A stretch of DNA of 64,000 nucleotides from Owenia fusiformis (lineage: Eukaryota), in contig CAIIXF020000001.1 of assembly GCA_903813345.2 (NCBI GenBank), positions 5,766,001-5,830,000 of the forward strand, written 5' to 3'. Below, one piece after another: positions 25,901 to 40,900 of this stretch. A model generated the notes under the pieces. The model saw only the letters and a program-made list of their open reading frames with translations, did not search any database and was not told the origin of the DNA. Both the position numbers and the translations under genes were made by a program. Every line of letters starts with the position of its first letter. Positions within the stretch are counted from its first letter, which is position 1.

Positions 25901-28900
25901 CCTGAGACCTTAACTAAATAAATCCTATAAATTGGTCTTTGTGACATTGAGTTATTGAAACGTCCATTGTATTTGCAGTCAATTGAGCAACAAAACATAT
26001 TATAAGAAAAATATTATTCTGAATTAAAGGGACAAAAACATGCTATTATCAGGTTATGTATGGACCAACAAAAAACTAAATAAAAAGTATGTTTACATAT
26101 TTTAAGATCCATAATTGTCTCTGATATGACACTTTATATATTTGAAGAAAGGTAAATCACAAAATACAAGTTACCATGGTAGCATGATGGTTTCTTAACA
26201 AATATATACCATATTATGAAGCATAATGATATAGCAAATCACTTTTTTTTACAGAAGTAACCATTCTGCAGCCAAGATGTGACACAAAACCCAAACGGGG
26301 GTTGAATTATCAAGTAATAGCCTAAAATGAATAATATTCATGGACAATTGCGGGTATTTTGATTTGAGCAATCCCAATTCTAATTTTATCTGAAGGCATT
26401 TTGAATTCAGCAGCCACCTTAAAGACTCATTTGTCAGTAGAGGCCCTATGTCAAGGTAACTGGTGTTTGAGTTATCACCCAGACAGATGAATGGAAAGAC
26501 AGCTTCTCTATAATTATGCCTAATAAACTTTCATGTGATAATGCATTATTATCAATTCTCTATCATCTGAAATCAATTTAATCCAATTGCACAATCCGAT
26601 AATTAGGATGCTAGTTGATAGGGTGCACTGATAATTTGGCAATTTCATGCTCCTAATATCAATACATTTATAACAGACTTATTCTGCTGCCATGCGGCAG
26701 TAAACAACCAACAGAGTTTCAATTGTGAAATCATTTAGGGTATGGGCTGGCACTTGTTTTGTGGTATTGCAGGGGACTTTCAGGGACCATGTTAGTTACA
26801 CCCAAAACCCCATTGCTCATCCCACTTTGGGTTTAATTACATAAATTATTTCAGGCTTTCAGTCTTACACTTTATATGAATGTTAAAATCACTGCATTTT
26901 CAACAACACAGTTTTTTCCATTTTTCAAAATGAATGATTTATCGATCATATTGTTTTTAACACAAATACTGTAGAATCAACACTAAAATGGCTTCCATTT
27001 TGGAAAGAGTGGCCATTTTGAAAACTGGCTTTTTGTGCAGAACCTGCCCTTCCAGGAGGCATATATATAAAAAATGAAAACAAAATTGAGGTATTGCTCA
27101 GACAGACGGATGGACAGATGTACGAAAGGAAAGGTGTTCTTTGTATCCGATCAAATTTTTTTTGATGGGAAATTAAATCGAATATTCCATTCTATTTATA
27201 TTAAATACATGCATTCACATTCTATACAATGGAACAATTGGTTATAGTTAAATACTTGAATTGAAGAATATCATTTCATCATTTGTAAAGAAAATTTGAA
27301 CTTATGTGGATGTTAAGGTTTCATTTATACAGTCAGAAACCTATGCTTGCAAATATTGCTGCAAAATTGGCATTGATTTAATTTCAATCTGAGAGAATTT
27401 CAAAGAATGATAATCAGAGAAATACCTTTTTTTTTTACCTTTTTCATGCAACATTGTAGATTTAAATGTAATCTTACCTCAGAGCAAGAATCACTTGCTC
27501 CATTGCAAGCACTTCAGGTCCAGGGGTCTGAACAATCACTTTGGGTTTAGGAGGGGGGACAGGTTTAGGAGCTGGCTTATTCTTCAGCTCCTGCATGGAC
27601 TTTCTCAACCCTGTTATCTCAGCTTGATACTCTTTGTTCTTCTTCATCACCTTGTTAAGGCGTTCCTCCATCGCACAGATTGTGACCGAATGCTGTTTTA
27701 TTTGCTCCTTATAACCCAACATCTCTGAGCTGTGAGATTTGCTCAGAGAATCAGAGTTTCCTTGGAGGTTGGATATTTCTTCTGCTTGCTCTGATATTGT
27801 CTTTTCTAATTGTTCCTTCATGTCAGCCTGAGAAATTAGTAAAAATGAAGAAATTACATGGTCAGTAAGCATCAAACTTCAATCATTACATATTATTGTA
27901 TCCTATGGGTTTCAGGCACGATGTTTAAAATACAATCAATCCCAGTTAAAAGCCCGTACATACACATAAACCATAAAGATGTACAAGACTGAGTAACAAC
28001 ATTGCACACTACTTACATAAAGTTTCTTGTGTTCCTCTAATTCTTCAATAGATTTGGCAGCTTCAGCTAATTGTTCTTTGTTCTCATCCTCCATCTCCAC
28101 CATGACTTTGCGCAGCTCATCAAGGTTACCCTGAAGTTCTTCATATTTGATCTTCTCTTGTTGGAGAGCATTTTCTCTCTTTTCCTGCTCTACCAGGCGA
28201 ATCTCATCTATTGCTTTGTTCATCTTTTCCTCACCTGAAACAGAAAGAATACATGTACTGTAAAACGGGTATTGTTAGCGAGGGGTAATTGTTAGCGATT
28301 GTAAGCGATCGCTATAGTTTCGCTAAAAATTCAATTCGCTAAAATAAACCGGGCGCTAAAATTTGCAAATTCCCGGGAAACTACATGAATACTAGTATTT
28401 AAGGAGCTTTTCGTTCAGTGCTCGACTTCCAGTTTGTAATTTGAGATTAGTTTGGACTGAAAAATCAACGATTTTAAATGCTACCGTGATTTTGTGATTA
28501 GTCAGATGAGATTACAGTAGTTTGGACCAATACCATGTGCGTTAGAAGTCTTACATTTTGATAATTCCTCTGTCATGTCTGTTATTCATTCTTCTGCCAT
28601 AAATGATAAAATTTCTAATGCATTTCGCTAATTTGATTTTTTAAAGATTAATCTTCATTTCGCTACAATTTCCCGCGCTAAAACCCCCTAAAATGGAAAA
28701 ATCGCTAAAATTTCCCGGTGTCAAAATTACCCGTTTTACAGTATTTAATGATAACATACATGCTCATGATGTGGGTAGAGACATAACTGCAAAAGCAAAA
28801 CTGTACTTGCAGGGCTGTACAGAGTGATACAGCAAGAGTAGTGCCAAATGCAGGGAATGGGGGGGGGGGGTTATGGTTACCAATTGTCATGTAGCATAAG

Positions 28901-31900
28901 TCAAGTAAGTAGGTATGGGGTTTTCCTTTTCAGATATGATGTGATGTGTTTGGCAATATTTCTTTGTAAATAACCATGCTCTTTGCAATTATGGGTTGAC
29001 AACTTGGTATACAAACTGTACCTTCAAGTTTTGCTTTCTCCACAGCATCTGTCAACTTATTCTCCATATCCTTTTGTACATTCTCCAGCCTCAATTTCAT
29101 CTCTTCCTTATGTTGGCTTTCTAAATGTTTCATATGATTGTTCAGACTGTCCTTTTCCTTTAGAGAGCTCTCCCATTTGGAAAATAGTGCTAGAATATGT
29201 TTCCCAGGTTCTGAAATATGAATAATACATGATTAGCTGAGATAAAAAGCTGAATGCATGCAACTTCAGTGTTTTAATTATGATACTCCTATAAGTACAA
29301 GGTGCTATATGTGTAAGATAACTAAGTTTGATATCACTGAAGAATTCCCTACAGGATACAGGGAAGGGTCAATTTGTAGCAGTATATCTCCAGTTCTGTA
29401 ACCTCTAATTATCATAATAGTCAGAGAATCAATTAGATTCAAGATTTTTCTTTGTGTAATTTTATTCATTGAATGGATACTTTCAGTTCAGTTCAAAGTA
29501 TGCCTGTTGCTATATTGATGAAATAAACATTAATCAGACCTTCCAATAAAAAACAACATAGGATGTCCTCATCAAGAGGCAATGCTTCTTTCAGATCAAT
29601 GGCAAAGATATAACAGAGACATTCTATTGATATATCTAGTAACCTCTATTGGTAGAAAATGTATTGAGATAATTAAAAATGCACCATAATACAAATGTAT
29701 ATATAAAAACATACACTACTCATGTTTTTGTGAATTTTGCAAATGCCTCAATTCATGCTACAATACAACTTTAAATTTGAGCCACCTGAATTTGCAAGTT
29801 TACAGTCATGCAAATATACATGAATTCAGGTTGTCCGCAAAATCGTGTTTTACAGTACGGAGGTAACCTGTACATATGTATAAATTTTGAAATGCTTACC
29901 ATCATCAGATATTTTTGTATTTACACCACACTCCTGTAGAGCGTCTTCAATCTTCTTCTGCCATTCAATTTCACCTTCTAAAATTTTCAACAGACTTTCT
30001 TTAATCCACTGTAAGGACTCATCAATCCTCACACTGTTCAGTAAACTCACTTCTGACTTCAATTTACCAGCTAATCGACCTTTTTGGCCTAGTCTTGTAT
30101 TTATACTAGTGAGATGTTGTTTTAATTTTTTGATGCCTTCATTAACTTCCTTCTTAGATGATTTTTCTAGTTTTAATGTTTCTTTGAGGTCCATGATCTG
30201 ACGACTGAATTCTGTCCGTTCATCTATAGTTTTCTTGAGTTGATCCAGGAGATCACTGTCACTTATTTCATCATCAGGGGCTCTAATTCCAGGGGTTGAA
30301 TAGGTTACTTGTATCACACGATTTCTAAATCTTTCAGACTGAAATGAAATTATATAATGATGAGGATAATCTACATGTATTAGCTTTAAAACTAAATTCA
30401 TGACTGAAAGCTGGCTACGCCCCTGTAGAATTCAGGAAATAGAATTATAGATAAAAAATAAAATTTGGTGAGTGAACCAAATGGAAAGGTCCAAGTAAAA
30501 TCATGCCATGGTAAAATGTAATGTTAATCCAATGACTAAAATGAACACTTGTTTTCATCAAATTCTGTCAACTTTTCCAGATTCATTATTAATGATGTCA
30601 TGAGATGATGTCATCGCCAAACACTATAGACTGGCAATGCATTGCATAAGTTAGCTATATTGCCCCCTGACCAGTTAGAATCTTAGGAATTCAGCTGAAG
30701 TTCTAACAATCTGTTTTCATATTTCCATTTTTGTAATAATCTTCACATTTAATCATTTACAATTTTAAACTGCTTTGATAAAACATATATTTCATTGCAA
30801 GCCAAACCCTGATCTGTATTCCAAACCCAGAGCCCTATAATAACCAATAAATTGATATAGAAGCTTGATATGCAAAGATGCTAATTGTTCTCTTTTCATT
30901 TGTACAACATTCTCCAAATATAAGTCTCACAATCTACTGTGCCAGACTTGAAAATTATGGAGTTAATGGTTTTTGGCATGCCTATGGTCCTGGTAAAGCT
31001 TCTGCTGTATATGAAGATACAATGATGTATATACATAAAGAAGGTGTTAAATTATACTACTGAATGAGTGTCTACATGTTATAAACTACAGGGTAGGTCA
31101 TGAGATGGGTCAGGGTTTGTCGTGCAAGAGGAGTTATGTTATTATCTCAGCTCCACATACCATAACTCCTATATACACTATCTACAGATCAGGGCAGCTA
31201 CATCACTATCTCTTTGAGCCCAACTTCTCTTTCAAAGTCTCGACCAAGTTGATGTCAGATATTTCTACCCTGGGTGATTTCGCACCAGGTGTAGAGTATA
31301 TTGATTGAAAAATCAAGTTTCGGAACCATTTGAACTGAAAATGTCAGACATGCAAATTGAAAAAAAGGTCATGCTACATACACATGCATGCAATTAACTC
31401 TTTCACTGCTAGCTAGAACTGATTCTCGGAATGTGTGCTGATAAAATTGTGCACCTTTTAAATAAATGTAACTGTAATTTGCATAAGGTTAAAATACAAA
31501 TTGAAATTGAGATCCTGGTGATAATAGACACTATACTACTGGATGTGTCTAAAATGGTTGAGCAAGAGAATGAGAGATAACAAAGATGAGAATTCTAGCA
31601 GTAGAAGAGTAATCACAACAGTGAAAATGCCATGCACCAAATAAAAAGTGAATTGTTAAATGTTAAGGAGCCTAAGAGTATCAAAATACACCAATATATT
31701 TTTTTTAACAAAAGTTTTTATCAGATAAGAATTTCAGTTTTAATGAAATTTAATGAAAATGAGAAATATGGCATGGCAACTTAACAGAGTAGCAAGTCCT
31801 ACCGAACAAACATATTTCATCAAATTGGTCATTTTGAACTTTTCGGGATAAAAAAATAACAAAGCAGAATTGTCTTCTGTAAGCAAAGATACGCTTGATG

Positions 31901-34900
31901 TATATAACTCAAATTGGGCATGTTATATTCAAATGATAGCCTTAGAGAAGAACTGATATGGCATATCAATTTGAGCAGCCATTTTCAACACAGAATAGCA
32001 TATTATCATAAAGTGGGCTTCCTTTAAGTTTGGATACTAATTTGGAAATTCCCTTTTAATCAGAAGTATCATTACTTTAAAATATGACTTCCATGTAAGT
32101 TGATAATGAGTCATATAATTTAGGCAAAAGTTTCATTCTTATGGGAGGTCGTTTCTTATACTGAATTTTTAAACAAAAATAGTGGCCACTTTAATTGATT
32201 TGCAATACTGAGGATTCTTTCTTGAGCAAAGGATGCTCACAATCTATCCCATGTAATATGAACTAGATCAGACAACTGGAATGAATTTAGTGGGCATATT
32301 GATAATTCCTTCTCAAGAAGAGGTCCTACTCCCACAAGGCGATAAAATTTAAACCATGCAAATCGGACAACCACCCAGACACACAAGGAACAGACATGTT
32401 GACACATGGATGGATGGACAGCTACTCTACAGGGTGTCAAAAAACAACGGCACCCCCCTCTACAGCAAAAATTTCTGAATGTTCAATATCGTGTCATACC
32501 TCATTTGAAAGATAATTTAATTCTGGAGTTACTCCTCAAATTTCATTTAATAAAACTTTATATTAAAAAAGCTACATTGTTTTTAAGTTTGCTACTTCGG
32601 TACTTTGTTTGCTGCTCTGTACTGGTTAAAGGTGAAATCTTTAGAAAGTGGAATATGAAAGAATTAGCCCAGATTTCAACTGCACTGGACATATGGGTTC
32701 AGTTCTGAAAAACAGGGTATAGGAACTGATGGACAAAGAGCCTTTTGAAAAAAGATACAGTAAGGATGAAGAATGTGAGGAATGTGCTTAGAGGATTATG
32801 CAATGCTACACCTTTATCTGAATTTTAATTGAAATCATATCCGTCCAGATAAGCTGCTGTTTGAGCAGCAACTGGTGGTCATACCAACTACTATGAATCA
32901 GCTGTAAATCTGTATAATTATATGATATAAAGCTGAAATTTCTCAGGTAACTCCAGAATTAAATTGTCTTTAAAATGAGATATGACACACCATGTAACAT
33001 TGAGTACTTTTTGCTGTAGAGGGGGGTGCCGTTGTTTTTTGACACCCTGTATATCCCTATATGAACTTTGTTCAGTAGGATAATTAAAAATAATGTAATA
33101 TAATATGTCTAATGTGCCTTGTGTTACTACAAGTACTGTGTGCAAATACAAGAAGTGCAAAAACATCTAAACACAAATGACTGTTTACAGAGGAATATCG
33201 AAATTATAAACCAAGGCCATAGAAAATGTCATATTTTCATAATACTGTGTTAAATATAATATCACACAATAAGTATCATGAAAAATGAAATCTTCAACAT
33301 ACATCATTTGACCCAAGAGAAAGCCCACGTTTGACCACAATGCAACATTTAAAGCACAATTCAACAATGGAGGTTACTCTTACCCTAGTTGAGTTACCAA
33401 CAACTTGGTTGACATATCTATCAACCTCAAGTCCTTGCAACTTTTATAACAAACAGAAAATAATTTGATGTTTGATAGTCATTATTTATCTCATAAGTGG
33501 AACTCCATATTATGCAAACTAAACTTCTATCAGACTCAGTTACTGTAGTTATTTGTGTTCAATACCACATGATGACCAGAGATGTACAGTAGTATTGTTA
33601 TAATTCACATATAAGGTGAAGAAAGGTAAAGCTACACTTCAATCCACACAGGGACCATGCAGCACAAATGTCGCAACATATTCAAGTTGGTCTCTACTTG
33701 GCGACTTAACAGCAAGTATATTACCTTCTTAGATGCTTGTTCAAGGTCCACTCTGACTACTCTCTCTGCTCGCTGCATGTCTAAGTATTTGGATTTGGTT
33801 TGATCCAGTTCCAGTGATACCTTTTTGATGATCTACAATTGAATATGAAACAAACTGTTACCACTTAGTGCCATGTAACAAACAACGATATGCAAAATGT
33901 ATTTGTAAAAATAGGGTCTCTCAAAATCCCTTCCGGTAGTTTTCAACTGAATGCATTATATTCTGTTCTGTTTAGCCATATACAGTAGTATGTATTTTTG
34001 CACATGTATTTATTAAAACACCAACATACCTCCTTATCATCATACATCTGAATCTTGAGTTTCTCCATCTCCTTAGTCATGCCACCTATCAGCTCTTTCT
34101 GCTCTTGGACCTTGTTCTCTGTTAGTTTGAATCTCTGTTCATAGAAAAACACAATTGGATAATACAATCAATTATTGTAACAACTGAAGCTTATTGGGCC
34201 AAAAATGATATCCCCATTGCACGGAGTAGGTAATATGAGTTAAAAACAAAACACTAATTTCAGACTTACATTTCTTAGACTGATGAGTTCTTTCTCTCTT
34301 GCATCCTTCTCCTCATCCACTTGTTTATTCTCCTTCAGCCTTGCAAACTTTGTGGACCAGGCAGAAATCTGAATGTCTTTTTCACGTAAACTTTTCTTCA
34401 GCATATCCATGTCTTTTGTAAGTCGGTTAATGGTCAAATCCTGAAATCAGAGGTAGCTAATTAGAAACAGCACTTGTGATGCAAATCATTTTATATTTAT
34501 CTCTAAGACAAGGTTATAACTCACTATAAGAAAGATTCCATGTTTTAAATGAACATCACTTTCAAGTTTCAAGTTTGAAAGCCTCTTGCATCGATGACCA
34601 TATCAGGAGCAGATACATGTATCTTGGCACTTTGCCTTGGGTACAATGGCATCAGATGTTTCCTTGTACTAACCTTCCCGGATTGGTGGGTAAGGGATAT
34701 AAGGCATGGATTTAAAAAGTAACTTCAAAATAACACTCAGTATTAATTATATAATGACCTCTGAAATATTTGAAATTGTGTATAACTCCTAAAGTGAGTC
34801 AGAGAAATGCTTGGCAAGACAAGTAATCTCTAAAAATGAACATATAAGAAAGCAGAAACTTGCATACTGTACCTTATTGGACATATCCCGCTGCATCGTA

Positions 34901-37900
34901 GTAACAAGGCCAGAAGTTATATTCTTATCCTTTGTTACCATATCAAGCTGACTTTTCAAATGGCTAGCTTCAACAATAGACGTGTTTATTTGCTCATTAC
35001 TGCCCTTTTCTTTCTTATTATTTTTGATACAACGAAGCTGAAAAACAAAGACAAATTTAGACAGCAGGAGTTAATTTGAAAATCCATTCTTCAATAATTT
35101 CAGTAAAGGCTTTGATATAAGAGTATAAGGACTTTATAATGATTGTAAGCAATGTTTCCTGTTTTCACATAAACCGCATGTTGTTTTAGGCACTTTTCAA
35201 CTTTTCCATGTTAAAATTATGATTTCCATTAATTTTGCCTGTTGTTTACATTTATTTAGCCTGTTGTGAGAAATTCTAGTGAAACCCCTGCTATACTGTA
35301 CCTCATCTTGCAAAGTGCTGACTTCAAGCCTCTTAGAAAGCACCTCATTCTCAAGTTGCAATAATTTTTGGGTGACATCCTGGTCTGAGGCATACCCCGT
35401 CTTAGTTTGTGATTGACGCAGTTTATTTTGGAGATCAGCAATTTCTTCACGGAACTGTGCAATTATTTGATCTTTACGGTTAGATTCTCCTTCAAATAAT
35501 CGAAGTCTGTTGACCTCATCACCCAATGACAAAATTTTCTGTTCCTGCAAATGTTAAACAGTCCAATTTGAATTTATATTGGAAAGACATTATAGACTGC
35601 TCTGAAAGAATCACCATGCATTAATGAATGGAACAACACAATGAACATAAATATTAGTCTTATTAATTTTGTACTTTAATAATTCTGTATAACTTTTAGA
35701 GACAGTTCTCACTCAAAAACATGTCAATATTTTCTCAGGCATCTGGAAATGGCAACATCAATTTGATCATTGCCTTGATGTGTAGCACTTATATAAAATC
35801 AAACATTATTTCATCGATGGTAAAATGCAAGTACATCATTGAATTGACATACCTTCTCCTGCAGCAAAAGTATTTCATTGGTTGGAGAGTTCCCCTGACT
35901 TCTTGCACCCCCTGGCCTGCCAATCCACCCTCCCCCAGATATGCTCCTATGCTGCACTGGGGGGCTCCCATGGGGACTTCCAGTCTTCTCCAAATTTGAT
36001 TTACGACTCCCAGCACTAATTGGCCTTGCCCTGATTGCTGTAGGTGGGCGTGGCAAGGGGACTGTTTGTGTTCCCCATGGGGAGGAATCGACTGTGTTCT
36101 GGGTAGAGCTGAGATGTGGGAGAGGGGAGCGTTGAGTAAATGAAGAAGTTTGATCTTCTATGACAGTCAATGGTTGAGTATATGTGATTTGCTGTACAGG
36201 ACGGTATGATAGCTAGAAGTATAAAAACAAACATTTAATATCTAAATATGTAGCCGTGTTACGTTATTTTCTCTTTGAACATGTTGTTCTTAATTTAAGG
36301 TTACATATATAATCTTATTCAGTTATTAGGAAGAATTATGCTTGCTGTTGTGAACAGAATAATATACAGTAAAACCTGTATATTTGAACACCTGGCTAAT
36401 CCAAACACCTCCAAATCTGAACACTTTTTCAGTCCCATATTTTCCTCCCATTGACTCCAATGTTAAAAAGAACTTGAAATGTGAAAACTTCCCAATTTGA
36501 ACAGTGAACAGTCATATTTGAAAAATTAACCTGTTTGATCTGAATAATTTTCATAAAATATCACATGTTACATACAAAATTGCTCAAATACAGTATTTGA
36601 AATTAAAGCTGATTTGTCATGATATAAAAACATTTAGAAAATAACTTAAATGGTCTCAATCATACTGGGACTTTTCAGCATGACTAGTCAAATTACCTGA
36701 ATGCCATAAAGCTATGAGGTCAAAGGAACTATAAATATTTATTGAGAATGTGTTCACTTTTTTTTAGCCGTCACAATAGTGTTCGGATTAGACAGGTTTT
36801 ACTGTATGTTACTACATTATATACTCCATCACCTACTACTGATAAGCATGTAGTCTAACATCAAACCCTACATGCAACCCTCCATTTTCTCTCAAATACA
36901 GACTGAGAAATATCTTGAATGTTGTTGGGAATTGAGATACATGGAATTAACTGAATATGTATTATTCTTGCTTTTATGTAAAGGGAAGTAGAAAACCTAA
37001 AACATATACTAACATGGCTCAACAATCTCAATGTAGGCATAACAGGCAAATTGATGTTTACTCAGATGTTCAAATATTTCTATTCTAATAACAATGGTTG
37101 TTAATTTATTCTTTATTCCATTCATGTGATCCAGGAGCAAAAATAACATTTAGACTTCATGTTTCTGTAAATTTCCCAGATATATAAATATTAGAAAGAG
37201 TTGAGTTCATTTAAAAGAAACATTGAAACAAATTTATTCTCAAATAAAACATTGTTCCACTTGATTATTGTAACGGAATAATTCTATATTGATTTCTGAC
37301 TCCACTCATCCACAAACATAGCACAACATTATCTAATCCATCTGTTACTATGACAACACATTATTGTGATAATGGAGCCATAATCCTTGTGAACTTTTAC
37401 TCCTAACATCATTTGACTCCATATATGTATGTATGTATAATTTATTTGCATCTTTTATAAAAAGACAGTTACATTGCATACAGTATATAATTAGGAATAA
37501 AGGTATAAAAATACATATATTATTTAGTACCATTTACAAGAATGATATTATCATACCACACTACATGTGATTAGCCTGGTAAATGCCATTGTATGAGATC
37601 AATGAATTGCGCTTAGTATACATTTGAGTTACTATTCCTGAGATAAAAACTAGCGTATCAATGTCATCTATTGACACTTGAATCCCGAGAGACATTCTCA
37701 TTTTCTGGTCATTTGACATTAAATGCCTTTCATTGAAAAATATTGCCAAGGGTCTTCTAACATCAGCAAGTGCTTCACAATGCAACATGAAGTGCTCAAT
37801 TGTGTCATAACAAGAATTGCAACAAGGACACATCGATTCGGAGAATCTGAAACAACCGGTTTGCAAATGTAACATGAGCTGGCATGATTTTTTCATCATT

Positions 37901-40900
37901 GGAAATTCTTGACAAATTTTCCACCAAATAGTAGGGCATAAAGTAGGTGTGGTCGTTAAAGATTCACAATACCATTTCAAAGAACTATATAATGAGCACA
38001 TGATTCTTAAACTCTGTAAATCAGAGTTACCGACGATCATTTTTACCTTTTTGCTCCAATTGAATTTCGACCCATATTGCGCTGTACCTAACATTTTTAC
38101 AACACTACCTCTCATATTGTACCTTACAACTGTGTTCCACATACTAACTAGAGGTGACATAGAGTGCCCAACACCATTCATTATTTGAACGAGTCTGTGG
38201 ATTGCAACGCATTTATAAATATTACTCATAGGTAAGCTCAAGATTCCCCAGAAGAACATTAACCTATATATATCTATTTTCCTGGATATCTTACTCAAAC
38301 CTAATGGAGCTGTAGCTATTGGGTTGGCAGACCCCTTCGGTAGGTTTTGAACTCGTCTACCAATCTCTCTGTGTACTATTTCAAGACGTTCTACTTCCTG
38401 TGGGGTGTACTGTATAACGGCGCAACCATACAGCATTGTGTTAAGGGAATACGTAGTATATAGTCTACTGGCAGTGAGGGGACTAAGACCCCCTGTCAGA
38501 GAACCGAGGCCTAACAGTGAAAAGAATTTCCGTTTCCCCCTGCTTATGACATCTGTAATATAGTCGGTACGTTGGCTGAGTGGGATTCCAACATGAATCG
38601 CGCCAGTTTTCAACGTGATTGTATCATGGCCAAGCTTAACTGGTTCGTTTATTGGAAGCTTATTTCCGAAAGCTAACATCACACATTTCCCTGGGTGGAA
38701 TTCTATTCTCCACATCTGACTATATTGCCATACGGCATCCAGAAGATAGTTCATGTTTTGGACACTGGGTGCCATCAGTGTCAAGTCATCTGCGTAGGCT
38801 GCAGCAGAGACATCTATATGTCCTATTGTAAGGCCCTTTTTTAACCCCGTGACATCATTAAGAAGTTCTGCTAGGTAATACTGGTAGACCAACATCGACA
38901 AAATTCCTCCTTGATGGACCCCCTGCTGTACGCTGAAGCAATCTGATTGCTCACCAGCACTTAAAACCGCGCATTTGTACGTTTTAAACGACTGGTACAT
39001 TATTCGCCAGAATTTGCCATTAATACCACAGTGATATAACTTGTATAGGAACCCATCGATCCACATGGTATTGAAGGCTTTACGGATGTCTAATAGACAA
39101 CACAGGACAGTCCTCCCTTTGTCAATATTGTGAGCGATTGTCTCTTGTACCAGAAAAGAGCTGTGTAGCGATGAGCACTTCTCTATTGAAGCCCCCTGCA
39201 ATTGCGGTATATGTTTCAGCAGGGCGTCTTTGCTACGCATTAACACCACGTTATCGAACAATTTCCTCAGAATTGTCATAAGGGTAATATCCCTATAGTT
39301 ATCTCTTTCTATGGGACTCTTATTCCCTCCCTTAAAAAGAGGCACTAGGAGTCCCATGCAAAAATTACTTGGAATATACTCGTGTTTACAAATCATTACA
39401 AAAAGTTTAGTTACAACCTTAATTAGATTCTGACCACCGTATTTTACGTGCTCTGCAGAAATATCATCCCAACCACATGCCCTGTTACTATTTAAACACA
39501 TAATGGCTTCCTGCACCTCTTGGGGACTTATTACTCGATCAAGAATAGTATTGACATTTCCCAGTGATTTAGCACATAGTGTTGGTATCTGTGACTCTAC
39601 GTGTTTTCGAAATGCTTCATTAAAGTGCGGGCTTTCCTTAGGAGATGCTAGATTTTGAAAGTGAGTTTTCCAGGCATTTCTTACATCGCTAGGATTTGAG
39701 AGAAGATCGTCATTATCGTCTCGAATAGTTTGGACTTTATCACATTTAGACCCCCTACTCTTTGTCACCAAATACCAGTATAAACGCTGGTCAAGGAATT
39801 AGAATAAGGAATATAGAAGTAAAGGTCTCTCATAATCAATACAATCATTGTACTGAATAGGTTATTTTCTTTGATACAATAAATCATCTGTGGTAAAAAA
39901 ATTAAATCATGAGATTTTCTTTGCATTTTTATGAAAAATAGTATGATCCCATCAACGACTTTTGCAAGCCCATCCAATAATACAAATCCCAAGGAAACTC
40001 ATTACCAATGGCACAAACTTATTGCTGTTTACATTTTTTTAACTTCAAATTTTAATTACTTGCTTTTTATAATTAATGCTACCTTCACGTTTAATTTAAA
40101 AAAAACAATGAAATTGTAATACAAATATAATCCATGTAGTACAAACAAAAAATGGTATAAAACTACTGTGATTTTATGGAGTAACAAATCTAGAAAGCTT
40201 GAAAGGTGAAAAATCTACTGTGAATTTACTGTAACTAGGTGAGCATGCATTATTTCAACCTTTGATAACAAACTAATTTCCATGCTTCATGCATACATGC
40301 AGCTTTGGGGCATCTATTACCAATGCAAATATCCCTTATACGAACCATATTTACATACATCACACACCTGATATTTCACATCCTCCGATCACAGGGCTTC
40401 AAAATCCAGAATATATTCTTTTTTTACCCCCTGCGATAAGCAGTTAGCATTTCCCCGATTAAGAACTCGCAATCTGATTGGCTGTCGCAACACTGCGACA
40501 GAAATCATGTATAAATCACTGCGCACAATTAGATCACGTGATTCAGTTTAATCGGGCGCTTCCAAATTGGTTATAGCAGGGGGAAGAAGGAGGTACGGAT
40601 TCTAGATACCTGCTTAGGAGGATGGATATTTCACTGACAGATTTATAATCAATAAATTCTGTATAACTTCTTCAGTATTTTTGCATTTAATTGCTATTAG
40701 ATCCTTTATTCCTATGGTGTTATAGCTTTGTGACAAAACATTTCTAATCTTATATGGAACTGGTCTGGTACGAAAGTGAGTATTTTGATTTGTGTATCTG
40801 GTTTGAACACAAGAAATAACAAGTGAGATGATTCACCGAGTATAAAATAGCAATTAATCTCCGTTGCCTCCATAAATCCATGCCATGCAAACAACATCAA

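Noticed and set aside
21609..36135. Plus-strand ORFs overlapping FHAD1 exons (e.g. 21609, 23964, 27495, 29887, 35721)
   Set aside because: They are antisense shadows of coiled-coil exons with no independent gene structure.
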